From contig NC_092672.1 of the NCBI RefSeq assembly GCF_964355755.1, forward strand, positions 35,966,437 through 36,030,436: 64,000 bases of DNA, given 5' to 3'. Source of the DNA: Antedon mediterranea. Its lineage: Eukaryota; Animalia; Echinodermata. The number at the start of each line of letters is the position of its first letter. The stretch's first letter is position 1. The position numbers were made by a program, and so were the translations under genes. Shown here in pieces: positions 62,046-64,000 of this stretch. A model generated the notes under the pieces. It did not search any database and was not told where the DNA came from. It was given only the letters and a program-made list of their open reading frames with translations.

Positions 62046-64000
62046 GATTGAGTCACGAATCCTTGCCGATGTTATGTCTACGTAGGCCTATTACGGTTCC
62101 ACTGTCTTACAACTCATTCATTTAACACTCATTTGCTGCGTCGAAATAATTATTCAGAACTTCATCATAAATATAAATTATATATTATACTTGGTAGGCT
62201 TATGAAGGTTGTGGTATGGTATTCCGTAACTGTCAATCCTTCTATATGTCGTTCCGTCCGCCGGGCGCACGCGCACTCCGTGTCGCGATTGTGGCCATAT
62301 AGACGTCAGAACAATAACGACTACCGTACACTAATATAACACACAATCTTTTAGTTTTTAGCTCGGCAGTGGCTACCTTAAGACCCGTCCAATATCACTA
62401 AGGGAGGAACGTGCCAGCGTAATCCTATTTGTTTGCTATCCCCCGAAAGAGATTCTATGGCGCCAGATCGTCATCTCTTTTCACCCCTTAGGCCAATCAT
62501 GGGCCAATAAGACATTTAACTTCTGCTACTTTGCAACCTAATTAAGACAATTAATTCCAACTATTCTAATTCATCGCTTTTATTTTTGTTTTAGCACTCT
62601 TCATTCAAACACCAATTTCCACAAACACAATGTTAATTGATCAAGCTCTTTGTTATCAATGATGTTAACTCTATCTTTTAGTGTCTGAACACCAATTGTT
62701 CAAGTGCTACCAAGTGGCTCTATTTTATTTATCATTGAGGTAAATCCGATAAAGGTTTGTAAAGCAACCGTGAAATTTGCTTTCAAGCCCCTTTCAATTG
62801 CGATTGTCATTGCCGCCTAGAAGACTGATCCCGTCGACTGTAAACCCTACAGCCAATTCACAGCTACGCCTTAATTTGATCAACTTTGCCAGATTTAATC
62901 ACGTGGTCACTCAGAGTGATAATAATGATTGTGTATACAAATTTGTATTTAACAACATGGCTTGTAAAAAATGATGGGATTGAAATGATGATTGAAAACC
63001 ATGATCTGTTTTGCACCATTGAAAAATACGTTTTCTCCATGCTTTACAATTAATACCATCCGGACATACTGCTATATAGAAAGAGTTAATAGAAGGCCAC
63101 TTAGCTAAGTAAAATAAACTTAATTTTTGTTGTAATCAGAAAAAAAGGACACTGAAAATATAGATAACCGAAATAGTCATCATACGGTTTACAATTAAAA
63201 ATAGTTTTTAAAGAAAAAGGTGGAAAGAATCAATCTAACCGAAATAAACCTCTTGTATTATACCTTAGAAGATAACACTGAAAGACAACCGCTTCTTAAA
63301 CTATAAATATTAATACGGACAACAAATAAATGAACCTTGCGTCAAGTGGGGTAACGTACTCGGGCGTTTTTAGCCCTTTTCAACATATTTTAATGCCTGT
63401 TTGTTTTCCTCTGGCACTGATCAGGGGCCCCATAAGCTTCAGACCCCGTGAGTTTAGCCAGTGAGCGCTCATAGCCGTTACGCCACTGCACCCCAACCCC
63501 AATTAAACGTGCGTGCTGATAGCTGAATTTCAATTTACATATTCGTAATAAAAGCTGACAAATGTGCGGTCCATTATCCATCTGTATAAGCTCTATTTTT
63601 AACGATTCATTGTTGACGTTTATAAATAAACCATCCTATTCCTTAATGAATCAATAACTCCAATGAATTATTCATTATAATTCTATTTTTTTTTATTTAA
63701 TCAAGTGATTTATAATTAACTTATTGTTAAAATGTCGTAAAATAGTATAATTTTAAATCTTGATTACATTGCTAAAGATTAATTTCTTGGTGATAGCCAT
63801 AATTGTTTTTTTTATTGCTAGGTTATATTGTTCATTTAAATTACCATTTATATTTAATTCCACGTCCAGCAATCTTATCGAATGGTGATAAACGAAGTGT
63901 GCGCAATGACGTTCGTATTTACATATCGTGCGCGGTGAAAATATAACCAGTAATAAAAAACGTAAAAGGAATACAATGAAAAGTGTCCATAGCACCTGTC

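Overview
AT-rich metazoan genomic DNA, probably from a marine invertebrate (taxon is inference). Bases 1-29,000 hold the 3' part of an intron-rich BRIP1/FANCJ DNA helicase gene on the + strand. I reconstructed 12 coding exons with GT-AG junctions whose phases chain without a frameshift. They cover helicase motifs IV-VI, a 1.4-kb exon encoding a disordered region, and four further exons encoding a cysteine-rich C-terminal module that ends at a stop at 28,715. Bases 29,000-64,000 contain no host gene I can recognise. They are CpG-richer non-coding DNA carrying a young 5'-truncated Tx1/L1-type LINE with a 13-bp TSD. The whole window is dense with non-autonomous DNA transposons: about 23 copies of one ~150-bp palindromic Harbinger-type MITE, further Harbinger-type families, a Kolobok-type family and tiny P-like elements. 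It also holds SINE/LINE remnants and three large minisatellites (53, 57 and 51 bp units). The best novelty candidates are the C-terminal putative Zn-binding FANCJ domain, which seems absent from vertebrate BRIP1 and resembles plant FANCJ, a conserved TOPBP1-type docking motif, a 27-bp TIR-only element with a TSD, and a possible regulatory landscape around BRIP1. I found no CRISPR array, tRNA, rRNA or clear ribozyme, and no evidence for a wholly new multi-gene system.
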